Assembly: GCA_963754315.1 (NCBI GenBank)
Contig: CAVWFS010000005.1
Coordinates: 160,001-224,000 of the forward strand
DNA length: 64,000 nucleotides
Source of the DNA: an uncultured Candidatus Rokubacteria bacterium
GTDB taxonomy: Bacteria; Methylomirabilota; Methylomirabilia; Rokubacteriales; CSP1-6
Direction: 5' to 3'
A program made the position numbers and the translations under genes. Below the pieces are notes generated by a model. It made no database searches. It saw only the letters and a list, made by a program, of their open reading frames with translations, and was not told the origin of the DNA. Positions 20,472-30,601 of the stretch are shown in pieces (the first letter of the stretch is position 1; each line of letters opens with the position of its first letter).

Positions 20472-21607
20472 TTGATTCCGAGCAACTTCGCCGCCGTCCC
20501 CCCGAGCATGGCCCGGCGCTGGGCATCGGTGAATCCTGGCGCCCCGAGGATGTGGTCCACAGCCTTGGCCTGCCATGGGATCGGATGGTCAGTGCCGATG
20601 ACAAGCTGGCTCGGGCCGACTTCCGCCGCCAGGTGCCGCAGCGCCTCCGAGGTGAAGACGAGCGTGTCGTAGTACATCTGCCTCAAGTATTCGGTCGGCT
20701 TCTTCTTCAGTGTCACACCGGTGTCCTTATCGGGAGCAACACGCAGGCTGTTGTCGGAGCGCGCCGCGTAAGACGGCAGATAGCCGCCGCCGTGAGCCGA
20801 ACATATCTTGAGCCCGGGAAACCGATCCAAGGTTCCCTCGAAGATCAGGTGCGAGAGCGCGATCGTCGTGTCGAGCGGGTTGCCGATGGTGTTCGCCAGC
20901 CACCCATTGCCCTTGAGTCTCGGGGCAAGATCCGGGGTGCTCTGCGGATGGATGAAGATGAGACACCCCAGTTCCTCAGCCTTGGCCCAGAACGGGTGAA
21001 ACTTCGGGTCGGAAAACTCTTCGCCCGCAACGCTCGCCCCTACGGCGGCCCCGCGGAGACCGAGCTTCTTGACGGCTTCCACCAGCTGCTGCACGGCCAG
21101 GTCCGGATACTGGAGCGCCACCGACGCGAAGGCCACGAACCGGTCCGGATACAGCCCGCAGAACTCGGCGAGCCGTTCGTTCTGGACCTTGATCACCTGG
21201 GCGGCGAGGTACCGCTCTGCCCGGTACCACTGGGGGTTGATGCTCAGCGCCTCCATGTCGATGCCCTGCGCGTCCATTTCACGGATGCGTCGCGGCCCCA
21301 CTTCTTCCATCCCCGGCCCTCGCTGATCTTCCAGCTTCAATCCCAGGAGGGCGAGCGCCTCCGGGACTACGCAATGGGCGTGCACATCGATCGTCTTCAC
21401 CCGACGGCCGCCCACCACCACTTCGCGCCGCCGCCCGGCCCCTCTCACGTCGCGGCGCCGCGTGGCCGGCCGCGCGCGCCCCCTCGCGCTTGCGGCTGGC
21501 CGCGTCCGGGCGCGCGCCAGATTCGGTCCGGAGCCGAGCAGCTCGCAACCGGTGAAGGCGAGACCCGCCGCGCTGATGCCAGTCTCATGGAATGCTCGAA
21601 TGCTCAT
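20468..21607 (-). CDS. Amidohydrolase_2 family protein (ACMSD-like decarboxylase/hydratase)
   Basis: IDVHAH, IFIHP, AHGGG, YYDT, IGTDHP. Confidence 0.88.
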   Translation of the reverse strand: MSIRAFHETGISAAGLAFTGCELLGSGPNLARARTRPAASARGRARPATRRRDVRGAGRRREVVVGGRRVKTIDVHAHCVVPEALALLGLKLEDQRGPGMEEVGPRRIREMDAQGIDMEALSINPQWYRAERYLAAQVIKVQNERLAEFCGLYPDRFVAFASVALQYPDLAVQQLVEAVKKLGLRGAAVGASVAGEEFSDPKFHPFWAKAEELGCLIFIHPQSTPDLAPRLKGNGWLANTIGNPLDTTIALSHLIFEGTLDRFPGLKICSAHGGGYLPSYAARSDNSLRVAPDKDTGVTLKKKPTEYLRQMYYDTLVFTSEALRHLAAEVGPSQLVIGTDHPIPWQAKAVDHILGAPGFTDAQRRAMLGGTAAKLLGIK

Positions 21608-21684
21608 CGTGTCGCCCCCGTCATGTCGCACCCCGTGCACACTCTCTCGTCATCTGCCCGCGCCCCTATGCTCCTCGGCGTGGC

Positions 21685-22734
21685 TCACCAGCGCCTGGTG
21701 GCCCGCGCGCCCGGTGCGACCTCCGCGTCGGCCAGCGCGGGCTGCTGGGCCATGTGCTCATAGCTCTTGCGGGCAAACCAGATCGCGTAGTCGCCGAACT
21801 TGATCGGCGGGTATTTCGGCGGGTTCGCCGCCGAGCAACAGCTCGGCAGGCATTCGATGAGCGTGTCGTGGTTCGGGTCGCAGAAGAAGGGGATGGCGAA
21901 GCGGTCGCCACTCGTGTGGTTGATCACCCGATGCGGTGTGGAAAGAAAACGCTCGTTGGTCCAGCGGTGCAGGATGTCTCCGCCGTTCACCACGAAGGCG
22001 TCGGTCACCGCCGGCGCGTCGATCCAGCGCCCGTCTGGCAGCATGATCGACAGGCCCGGCACCGGGTTCGGCGCCAGCAAGGTCATGAAGCCGGAATCGG
22101 TGTGGGGCGTCAAGCTGAGGGCGGTGGCTTCATCCGAGGCGAGCGGGGGATAGTGCGTCAAGCGCAGGATCAGGTGCGGCTCGGCATAGGCCCCGTCGAA
22201 CGTGTCCGGTGGCAGCTCGAGGGCCGTGGCGTAGATCGGCACCAGGCGCCGGCACAGCACCTCCATCGCCTGCATGTAATCCCGCGCGGTCTCGCGAAAG
22301 CCGGGCAGTTCCGCCGGCCACTGGTTGAGCCCATGGAAGCGGCGTTCGGCGAGCACCAGCGGATCGTCTGGCGTGCGATCGCGGCGCAGAAAGAACGCGG
22401 CATTCCGACTTGGTTGGCGACCAGGGAATTGGCCGACTCTCATCGGGAGATAGCCGACGTTGTCCTCGTTCACCTTGACGGCCAGCTTGGCCTCCAGGGG
22501 CAGCGCATGGAAGCGAGCAGCCTGGGCGAACGTGGCGTCGATCAGTGACTGGGGGATGCCGTGGCCGCGCAGGTAGTAGAAGCCGACATTCTCGAACGCC
22601 CAGCGCAGCTCGGCGCCAAGGTTTTCACGAGCGCGGGGGCGGCCGGCAAGGTAGGGCGCCACGTCGAGGAGCGGGATGGCGCCCCCGACCAGCTCTGGCC
22701 GCCTGCGGGCGGCGCGCTCGCTCAACGATGCCAT
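21685..22734 (-). CDS. Isopenicillin N synthase-like 2OG-Fe(II) oxygenase, paralog of 4644..5663
   Basis: IPLLDV, GFYYLRGHG, HTD, NGGDILHRWTN, STPHRV, RFAIPFF. Confidence 0.9.
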   Translation of the reverse strand: MASLSERAARRRPELVGGAIPLLDVAPYLAGRPRARENLGAELRWAFENVGFYYLRGHGIPQSLIDATFAQAARFHALPLEAKLAVKVNEDNVGYLPMRVGQFPGRQPSRNAAFFLRRDRTPDDPLVLAERRFHGLNQWPAELPGFRETARDYMQAMEVLCRRLVPIYATALELPPDTFDGAYAEPHLILRLTHYPPLASDEATALSLTPHTDSGFMTLLAPNPVPGLSIMLPDGRWIDAPAVTDAFVVNGGDILHRWTNERFLSTPHRVINHTSGDRFAIPFFCDPNHDTLIECLPSCCSAANPPKYPPIKFGDYAIWFARKSYEHMAQQPALADAEVAPGARATRRW

Positions 22735-22849
22735 GCTTGCCTCCGTCGACGAGATTCGGGCTTCACTATAAAGTATGACGGACCAGGCAGCCCGTCGCGG
22801 ATCGTCAGGGAGCGTCTGCGCACGACGAGCTCTTCCCTGGAGCTGCCGC

Positions 22850-23674
22850 TCAGGTCGGCTCGATCGGCATCCGCGCGATCCCCAGCCAGGCAATCGGCGC
22901 GCCGGCTTTCTCGGCTGCCACCGCCGCCGGCAGAGCGGGGTCCCAGTCGGCGGCGATGAAGCGTCGGGCGGTGACTCCGGCGGCGGCGTCGGATACGAGC
23001 CACAGGAGGGGTGGGACCATGATTTCCGGCTGCAGCATCTTGCTGCGGTCTCCGGCGTCCGCGCCGACCAGCGGGGTATTCGTCACCCCGCCCGGTACCA
23101 GGACGTTGGCCGTGACACCCGTGCCCTGCAGGTCCGCGGCCATCACCGCGGTCGCCGATTCGGCGGCGGCCTTGCTCGAGCCATATAGCAGGTAACCCGC
23201 GCGGACCATGGTGCCGAGGCTGGTCGTCACCGTGATGATCCGGCCCTGTCTGGCTCGCAGCATGTGCGGCACGACCGCCCGGGCCATCATGATCGGCGCG
23301 GTAGCATTCACGGCGAGGAAGCGGCTCCACTGCTCCGGCGCCGCCTCCCAGAAACGAATCGGATTCCTTCGCTGATCAGCCCGCACCGAGGCCTGGCCGA
23401 TGCCGGCATTGTTGACGAGGATGTCAATCCGGCCAAACCGCTCCTGCGCGGCGCCGGCGATCCCCTCGAACGCGCCCGCCTGGGTGAGATCGGCCGCGTG
23501 GGACAGAACGGAACCGCGGCGGCCGGCCAGCGCGGTGACCAGCGTGGCCAAGGCCGATGCGTTCTGGTCAACGGCCACGACGTTGATACCGCTGTCCACC
23601 AGGCCGGTCGCCATCGCCCGACCGAGTCCGCTTCCCGCACCCGTCACGATCGCCGCCTTCGGCCCGGTCGCCAT
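22850..23674 (-). CDS. SDR family oxidoreductase
   Basis: TGAGSGLG, NNAG, YGSSK; SD GAGGAG. Confidence 0.9.
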   Translation of the reverse strand: MATGPKAAIVTGAGSGLGRAMATGLVDSGINVVAVDQNASALATLVTALAGRRGSVLSHAADLTQAGAFEGIAGAAQERFGRIDILVNNAGIGQASVRADQRRNPIRFWEAAPEQWSRFLAVNATAPIMMARAVVPHMLRARQGRIITVTTSLGTMVRAGYLLYGSSKAAAESATAVMAADLQGTGVTANVLVPGGVTNTPLVGADAGDRSKMLQPEIMVPPLLWLVSDAAAGVTARRFIAADWDPALPAAVAAEKAGAPIAWLGIARMPIEPT

Positions 23675-23805
23675 GCTGTCCTCTCCTCGGCTCATGTCAG
23701 CCTAAGTCCCCTGCGGGATCCGGTCAACACCAGGCGCCCGGATTGCTCGCGGAAACCGCCGCGTCGAGGCGTCTCTCTCCCAATCGCCTATAATGGAGCC
23801 TGATC

Positions 23806-25146
23806 ATGCAACGACAGATGGTGATGGTGGGCTTCCTGCAAGCCCAGAACTGCACGAACCTCGTCAGCTCGTGGCGACATCCCGCTTCGCGCGAGGATTC
23901 CTGGTCTCCCGACTTCTACGCCACCATCGGCCGCGTGCTCGAGGAGGGCAAGTTCCACGTCGGCTTCTTCGACGATCGGCTGGCCATGCCCGATCGCTAT
24001 GGCAACGACCATCGCCACACGGTTCAGCACGGCATCCGCTGCGTCAAGATGGACCCCGTGACGGTGCTGATGGTCATGGGCATGGCAACGACACGATTGG
24101 GCCTTGGGTCCACGCGCAGCACGACCTACTACGAGCCCTTCGACGTCGCCCGCACATTTGCCACGATCGACCTCATGACGAACGGCCGGGCGGCCTGGAA
24201 CGTCGTCACCTCGATGAATGACGGCGAGGCCCTGAACATGGGCCGCGATCTGCACATGGAGCACGACCGTCGGTACGATCGGGCCGAGGAATTCATGCGC
24301 GTGGTGATGGGCCACTGGAATTCCTGGGATGAGGACGCGATCGTGCAGGACAAGACGACCGGCCTCTTTGCGGACCCCGACAAGGTTCGCCGCATCGATC
24401 ACGTGGGCACGTATTTCAGGTCGCGCGGCCCCTTCACGGTGCCGCGGTCGAAGCAGGGGCACCCGGTCATCATCCAGGCTGGGCAGAGCGGCCCGGGCAA
24501 GCGCTTCGCCGCGCGCTGGGGCGAGTTGCTCTTCGTCGGCAGCCCGATCAGTCTGGAGGCCGGCCGCAAGAACTATCGCGAGATCAAGGATGCGGTGGCC
24601 GCGTTGGGGCGCGACCCGCAGCACTGCATCATTGCCCCGTCCGCCTACGTCATCGCCGCTGAAAGCAAGATGGCCGCGGAAGACAAGGCGGCGCTCGTCG
24701 AGACCCTGGCCACCGATGACGACGCGCTGTCCCTGCTGTCCGAAGCGATGAATTTCGATTTCGCGTCCAAGGCGCTGGATGAGCCCTTCACCGACGAGGA
24801 GCTCGCCAGCATCTCCGGCACGCAGTCGATGCGCGATCGGGTGGTGCAGCTGTCGGGTCTCAAGAACCCGACGCCGAAGGACTTCATCACATTCAGTCGG
24901 CGCGCGCGGCCAAACAACCCATTCGTCGGTGGCCCGAAGGAAGTCGCCGATGGGTTGGAAGAGTGGTTCTCCACCGGAGTCTGCGATGGATTCGTCGTCG
25001 CGGCCACCCACGTACCCGGCTCCTACGTGGATTTCGTGAAGTACGTCGTCCCGGAACTGCAGCGGCGTGGCCTGTACCACAAGGACTACAAGGGTGAAAC
25101 GCTGCGGGAGAACCTGGGCCTGCCCATTCCGCGGGCACGCCACTGA
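23806..25146 (+). CDS. LLM-class flavin-dependent monooxygenase, NtaA/DmoA/SnaA family
   Basis: GRAAWNVVTS, HDRRYDRAEEF, PVIIQAGQS, VVPELQRRGL...TLRENLGL; TATAAT just upstream. Confidence 0.92.
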   Translation: MQRQMVMVGFLQAQNCTNLVSSWRHPASREDSWSPDFYATIGRVLEEGKFHVGFFDDRLAMPDRYGNDHRHTVQHGIRCVKMDPVTVLMVMGMATTRLGLGSTRSTTYYEPFDVARTFATIDLMTNGRAAWNVVTSMNDGEALNMGRDLHMEHDRRYDRAEEFMRVVMGHWNSWDEDAIVQDKTTGLFADPDKVRRIDHVGTYFRSRGPFTVPRSKQGHPVIIQAGQSGPGKRFAARWGELLFVGSPISLEAGRKNYREIKDAVAALGRDPQHCIIAPSAYVIAAESKMAAEDKAALVETLATDDDALSLLSEAMNFDFASKALDEPFTDEELASISGTQSMRDRVVQLSGLKNPTPKDFITFSRRARPNNPFVGGPKEVADGLEEWFSTGVCDGFVVAATHVPGSYVDFVKYVVPELQRRGLYHKDYKGETLRENLGLPIPRARH

Positions 25147-25229
25147 GGTCGAGAGTAGGGCCTGTCGGCCACCGCGCCGGGTAATCGGGTCGCGCGGCCT
25201 AGCCGCCTGATGCGCGACCGTCTGAGTCC

Positions 25230-26522
25230 GTGAACGTCCCCGCCACTCCCGCCCCCCGCACCGGTTGGCGGGCACGGTTCGGCGACCCGATGGTGGGCGC
25301 TGTCCTCGCGCTCGGCATCACGCAGATTACGGCCTGGGGGACAAGCTACTACTGTCTCGGCGTGCTCGCGGGCCCGATCAGTCGGGACACGGGCTGGAGT
25401 CGTGGCTTCGTGTTCCTCGGCTTCACCGTCGCTCTGCTCGCCATGGGCATCGTGTCGAGCGCGGTCGGCCGCGCCATCGACCGCCACGGCGGGCGGGCCG
25501 TGATGACGCTCGGGACTGTGTTCGTATCGGTGGGCCTGTTCGCGCTCGCGCACGTCCGAACCGAAGCGGCGTACCTGGCGGTGTGGGTGTTCCTCGGCCT
25601 CGGCATGCGCATGTGTCTGTACGACGCCGCCTTCGCGGCCTTGGTGCAGGTCGCGCCCTCGCGCGGACGGAAGGCAATCTCCTACCTCACCTTGTTCGGC
25701 GCGTTTGCCTCATCGGTGTTCTGGGTGATCGGCCACGCGCTGAATGATCAGGTCGGCTGGCGGCACACCCTCGTCCTGTTCGCCCTCATCAATCTCGCGG
25801 TGTGCCTGCCGCTGCACTGGCTCGGGCTCGCCCGGCGCGAGACCGCCGAGAGCGGTGGTGCCGCGGCTGGGGCGCGCACCGCGTCCGCAGACGGGCCGCC
25901 CCTCGAGGGCCACGCCCGCTCGGTGGCCATGGTGCTCTTCGCGCTCATCATGTCGCTCAACGGGTTCGTGTTCGGCGTCATCTCGGTGCAGCTGGTTTCA
26001 TTGCTCGAGGCGGCGGGCCTGGCGACGGCGGTCGCGGTCTGGGTCGCCTCGCTGAAGGGTGTGGCCCAGTTCGGCGGACGCGTGGTCGAGATCACTCTTG
26101 CCCGCAACCTCCGGGCGATCACCGTCGGCCGCATCGCCGTCGCCATCCTGCCCCCGTCACTGCTGCTGCTACTGGCCGGCACCGGGAGCCTGGGCCTGGT
26201 CGTCGCGTTCACGCTCCTCATGGGAGCGTCTCAGGGCGTCATCACGATCGTCCGCGGTGCCGTGCCGCTCGCGCTGTTTGGCGCGACGGGGTATGGCGCG
26301 GTGCTCGGCGTCATCGCGACGCCTATCCTGGTCGTCAACGCCGCCTCTCCCACAGTCTTCGCCTGGATCGTGGATCGCTGGGGATGGGGGCTGGCACGTG
26401 TGTCGCTGCTGGTAGGCAGCTCGGCGGCGTGGCTCGCCATGGAACTGATGTCTCTGTGGTACGAGCGCCGGCGAGCGGCAGTGGCGGCACGAGGCCGCAC
26501 GCGCCAGCGGGACGCTTCCTGA
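25230..26522 (+). CDS. MFS transporter (N-terminus resembles the ArsK-like subfamily)
   Basis: About 12 hydrophobic segments; GRAIDRHGGR motif A; LGITQITAWGTSYY. Confidence 0.88.
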   Translation: MNVPATPAPRTGWRARFGDPMVGAVLALGITQITAWGTSYYCLGVLAGPISRDTGWSRGFVFLGFTVALLAMGIVSSAVGRAIDRHGGRAVMTLGTVFVSVGLFALAHVRTEAAYLAVWVFLGLGMRMCLYDAAFAALVQVAPSRGRKAISYLTLFGAFASSVFWVIGHALNDQVGWRHTLVLFALINLAVCLPLHWLGLARRETAESGGAAAGARTASADGPPLEGHARSVAMVLFALIMSLNGFVFGVISVQLVSLLEAAGLATAVAVWVASLKGVAQFGGRVVEITLARNLRAITVGRIAVAILPPSLLLLLAGTGSLGLVVAFTLLMGASQGVITIVRGAVPLALFGATGYGAVLGVIATPILVVNAASPTVFAWIVDRWGWGLARVSLLVGSSAAWLAMELMSLWYERRRAAVAARGRTRQRDAS

Positions 26523-26596
26523 GGCGATCAAGAGAGGCGCTGTAGCCGGCAGCCTGGTGCCCTTCGGAGGTACAGTGGGCCTGGAGGAGCGTTGCC

Positions 26597-29011
26597 ATGT
26601 CTTCATATGAGCCACGTCGAAGCCGGCCTCTCGACGACCTGACGAGCAGCTTCGAATCTCCCTTTCTCGAGGGCGAGCTGTTCGAGAGCGCGGTGGAGCC
26701 AGTCCAGGAAGCGCGCCTGGTCGCCCTGGAAGAGGAGAGCGCATTCCGGCTGGCCTTCGAGGGCGATGCACGGGAGGGCTTAGAACCGCGCGCCCCGAAA
26801 GGCGCGGATCACGAACGAGTCGAGTACGAGATCAGTGGCACCAACGACATGGACGCGGTGGCCAACTCACTGGCCATACCTTATCGATGGATATGCCGGC
26901 TCGACATCGACTACGACATCACTCCCTTTGGAACCTCTCGCAGGCTGATAGGCACCGGGAGGGGAACCGGCACCCTCATCAGCCCATGCCACGTCCTGAC
27001 GGCGGCCCACAACCTGACCGAGTATGATCCGGCGGGAAGGAACACGCTCCGGGCCACGCGGATCAGGGTTACCCCGGCCCACGACGGCAGCTCCAGCCCG
27101 CCGCTAGCGACGGTGGAGGCGGACCTATCGCAATCGCCGGTACACCGCCTGTGGGATATCACCCGCCGGCACGATGCCACGGGAGCCGCGAACAACACCG
27201 GGGAGGTTGAAACCAACCGCTACGACTACGCCGTGCTGAGGCTGAAGACCGCGATCGGCGATCGCCAGGTGTCGGCCCTCGGCGGTCCACTCGGCTACTG
27301 GGGCAGCCAGGGATCGGGCGGGGCGGCTCGCTTTCAACGGGTGGAGCCCGTCGTTCTGAGAAGCAAGACGGTGTTCGTTGCCGGATACGGCAGTGACGAC
27401 TGCGTGCGGGCGGCGCGCACGGCCCGGGCAAATCCGAACATCCGGCTGGGCAGCCAGCTCACGGCCACCGGCCAGATCACGCTCGTGATGGAGGGGACAG
27501 GAACCCCATACGTGGGCAGAAGCATGGTCCACGACGCCGATACGTGCGGCGGCCAGAGCGGTGCGCCCGTGTGCCTCGAACTCAACGGAATCTACTATCT
27601 GGTGGGGGTGCACACGGGAGGGGTGGGATTGACCTCAGGCGGCCGCACGAACCACGCCGTCCGGGTCACCATGGAGGTGTCGAACCAGGTGCGCGATTGG
27701 ATGACGAGAGCCCCCTGCCCCGCGCCGGCGCGTGAGCTGGAGGACGACGAATCGCTCGAGGGCGAGAGACTTCCCCCCGAAGAGGAAGACCTAGCCCCGG
27801 ACGGGGTCGATCTCGGGGATGGCGAGCGGGAGCTGGAGGACGGGCCTGCCGACGAAGAGGAGGCCCAGTGGGCCATGCAATGGGCCGGTGACGAGGCCGA
27901 GAGCCCGCCGACCACTCCGGAGCCGGAGGGAGATGCCGCTCTGGAACATGACACTCCACCGATGACGCAGGCAATCTCGGACGCGGTCGACCAAAAGGAC
28001 TGGCCGCGCGTCCTGGAGCTGGCGATGCAGGTGGGGTGGCACGACGAGAACCAACTGACGAATCTGCTTTTCTTCAGCCGGCATACCGAGCTTGACCGGC
28101 GCAAGCTGGACCCGAGGAAGAACAAGGGGGATCAACAACTGGCTCAGGAATGGAACCAGGTCCTCGTCAAGGAGGTCAGGCCGGCCATCCAGAAAGCATC
28201 CGAGGACAGCGACCTCAAAGTGTCGGGCCGCTTTGTCGCCGAACGCGACCCGGAGCTATCGGGCGAGAAAGGCGCAAAGTTCAAGGAGGTGGTGGCCTGG
28301 GCGGCCAAAGCGGCGGATGTGGATCCGGGGCTCCTGGCCGCGGTGCTGCTGGCCGAAGTAGGCCGCGCGTCTCCCTATCTCAGCCCCGGTGAGGTGAGCT
28401 CATTTTTTACCGGCACGGATGACTTCTTCGCTCAAAGGAAAGCGCTTCGCGACAACGTCCCGGCCTTTGCCCAGGTCCGTTTCGACGAGCGAAAGAAGAC
28501 GACGAACATCAACGAGCACGGCCGGAGAGTCACCACGATCCCCTACACGACGGGCAGGGACGCCGCCCTGGCCACGGCAGTGTATTTGAAGTACGGCGAG
28601 ATCAAGCTCCGCCGAGCCGCGCAAAAGAATGGGGGGGATTTCGATAGCCTGCCCGTGGCGACTCGGTTCGCCCTGGTCCGCATCGCCATGGCGGCAGGCC
28701 ACGGTGGGATCAGCCAGGACGGTGACCTGATCAGGTTCAAGAAGCGGGGCGACGACTTGGTGAGGGTCAAGCCGGACGAGACCGGCGGGTTCCTCGTGGG
28801 CGTGGCCCGGTCGCTCGACCGGGTGTTGAAAGGCCAGGACATCCTGGTCCGAGACGGGGAACCGCGGAAGAACCCCACCAACGATTCTCGCATCACCCAT
28901 CGCAACGCGACCATCCTCGCGTCGCAGGCCATGCACCTGGGAGACTGGTTCTTTCGTGCTCCACCCCTGGGCATCCAGCCCGAGCTGGAGGAGAGCTTCG
29001 ACCCCTCCTGA
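26597..29011 (+). CDS. Multidomain protein: acidic leader, V8/glutamyl-endopeptidase-like serine protease, acidic linker, helical module, lysozyme/SLT-like domain
   Basis: TAAH / YDYAVL / DTCGGQSGAP triad and GVHTGG; VDPGLLAAVLLAE...AALATAVYLK...AMAAGHG; SD GGAGGAG; no signal peptide. Confidence 0.85.
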   Translation: MSSYEPRRSRPLDDLTSSFESPFLEGELFESAVEPVQEARLVALEEESAFRLAFEGDAREGLEPRAPKGADHERVEYEISGTNDMDAVANSLAIPYRWICRLDIDYDITPFGTSRRLIGTGRGTGTLISPCHVLTAAHNLTEYDPAGRNTLRATRIRVTPAHDGSSSPPLATVEADLSQSPVHRLWDITRRHDATGAANNTGEVETNRYDYAVLRLKTAIGDRQVSALGGPLGYWGSQGSGGAARFQRVEPVVLRSKTVFVAGYGSDDCVRAARTARANPNIRLGSQLTATGQITLVMEGTGTPYVGRSMVHDADTCGGQSGAPVCLELNGIYYLVGVHTGGVGLTSGGRTNHAVRVTMEVSNQVRDWMTRAPCPAPARELEDDESLEGERLPPEEEDLAPDGVDLGDGERELEDGPADEEEAQWAMQWAGDEAESPPTTPEPEGDAALEHDTPPMTQAISDAVDQKDWPRVLELAMQVGWHDENQLTNLLFFSRHTELDRRKLDPRKNKGDQQLAQEWNQVLVKEVRPAIQKASEDSDLKVSGRFVAERDPELSGEKGAKFKEVVAWAAKAADVDPGLLAAVLLAEVGRASPYLSPGEVSSFFTGTDDFFAQRKALRDNVPAFAQVRFDERKKTTNINEHGRRVTTIPYTTGRDAALATAVYLKYGEIKLRRAAQKNGGDFDSLPVATRFALVRIAMAAGHGGISQDGDLIRFKKRGDDLVRVKPDETGGFLVGVARSLDRVLKGQDILVRDGEPRKNPTNDSRITHRNATILASQAMHLGDWFFRAPPLGIQPELEESFDPS

Positions 29012-29149
29012 CACGAGCGCGGGCTGCGTGACCTGGAACGGCTTCTCAGACTAAAATAGCGCGGAAGGAGGAGGTGGCCGCACCAAGGTCCCGTGATGTG
29101 AACCGCGTGCACGCACCGAACCGTTCGCGCTGAGAGGAGAGTTCATACC

Positions 29150-30364
29150 ATGCCGCAGAAGACCGCGTTAGAGGACGTGAAGGTCCTCGATCTGACCCAG
29201 TTTGAGGCTGGAACCTCCTGCACGGAGGCGCTCGCATGGCTGGGCGCCGATGTCATCAAAGTCGAGAATCCTCGAGGTGGCGACCAGGGCCGCGGTGCCT
29301 CCACCGACCAGCAGGGGGTGGATTCGCACTACTTCATGCTGCTCAACGCCAACAAGCGCAGCGTCACGTTGAACCTCGGCAGCGAACGCGGTCGCGGCAT
29401 CTTCACGGAGATGTTGAAGAAGGCCGACGTCATGATCGAGAACTTCGCCCCTGGCGCCATCGAGCGGCTGGGCTTTGGCTATGACGTGGTCCGCAAGATC
29501 AATCCCCGTCTGATCTACGCGCAGGTCAAGGGTTTTGGCGAGGGTCCCTACGAGAACTATGTGAGCTTCGACATGATCGCTCAGTCCGTGGGTGGCGCCC
29601 TCAGCCTCACGGGCACACCGGAAACCGAGCCCCTCAAGCCCGGACCCACCATCGGCGACACGGGCACCGGGTTGCACTGCGCCATTGGCATCCTGGCGGC
29701 CCTGCACCAGCGCGAGCGCACCGGCCGGGGCCAGCACATCAAAGTGGCCATGCAGGATGCGGTGATCAACTTCAGCCGCATCGCCTTCGCGCGCCAGGCG
29801 GCCAGCGGCAAGGCGGCGGTGCGCTCGGGCAACCGCAGTGCGCTGGGCACGACCGCCCCCAGCGGCCTCTACAAGTGCAAGGGCGGAGGTCTCAATGACT
29901 ACTGCTTCATCTACACGACCCGCGCGGGCAACCGGCACTGGGACCGGCTGCTGAAGGCCATCGGCCGGGCCGACCTGATCGGCGACGAGCGCTTCAACTC
30001 GCCGGAGAAGCGATGGGCCAACCACGACGAAGTGGACCGCATCCTGAACGAGTTTACCCAGAGCCGCACCAAGGCCGAGGTCATGCAGGTCCTCGGTGAC
30101 GCCGGCGTCCCCGCCGGGGCCGTCTACGACACGATGGAGATCGCGCAGGATCCCGCGCTGCAGAAGCGCGAAATGATCGTCACCGTCGACCATCCCAAGC
30201 GTGGGAAATTCACCCTGCCAGGGTGGCCGGTGAAGATGTCCGACTCGCACGTCGCCGTGGACCGCTCACCGCTGCTCGGCGAGCACAATGCCGAGATTTA
30301 TCACGAGTGGCTGGGCATGTCCGCGCGCGACCTGGAGGATCTCAAGACCCAGGAGATCATCTGA
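29150..30364 (+). CDS. Class III CoA transferase (CaiB/BaiF), formyl-CoA transferase-like
   Basis: VLDLTQFEAGTSCTEALAWLGADVIKVE, NANKRS, ENFAPG, IGDTGTG, SPLLGEH. Confidence 0.92.
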   Translation: MPQKTALEDVKVLDLTQFEAGTSCTEALAWLGADVIKVENPRGGDQGRGASTDQQGVDSHYFMLLNANKRSVTLNLGSERGRGIFTEMLKKADVMIENFAPGAIERLGFGYDVVRKINPRLIYAQVKGFGEGPYENYVSFDMIAQSVGGALSLTGTPETEPLKPGPTIGDTGTGLHCAIGILAALHQRERTGRGQHIKVAMQDAVINFSRIAFARQAASGKAAVRSGNRSALGTTAPSGLYKCKGGGLNDYCFIYTTRAGNRHWDRLLKAIGRADLIGDERFNSPEKRWANHDEVDRILNEFTQSRTKAEVMQVLGDAGVPAGAVYDTMEIAQDPALQKREMIVTVDHPKRGKFTLPGWPVKMSDSHVAVDRSPLLGEHNAEIYHEWLGMSARDLEDLKTQEII

Positions 30365-30377
30365 ACCAGCCACAACG

Positions 30378-30600
30378 GTGAATCGACGCGAGTTCCTGGC
30401 CACCGGCGCCGGTGCCCTTGCCGGCGTCGGCGTGGCCGGGGTACATCGACGCCACCCTGGAGGGGGTTGGTAAGGTCAACGGGCCGTTGCCGGCGTGCCG
30501 ACCGGGATCTACGTCGCAGTCTGGGACGGCGCCCTCAAGAACTACGGCCCCAATCTAGGCTTCGACTACGGCGGCCGCCTCGTGGCCGCCTGGCTCGATC
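30378..30600 (+). pseudogene. Remnant of a Tat-exported protein
   Basis: VNRREFLATGAGALAGVGVAG Tat signal followed by short broken coding-like segments. Confidence 0.5.
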
Positions 30601-30601
30601 G

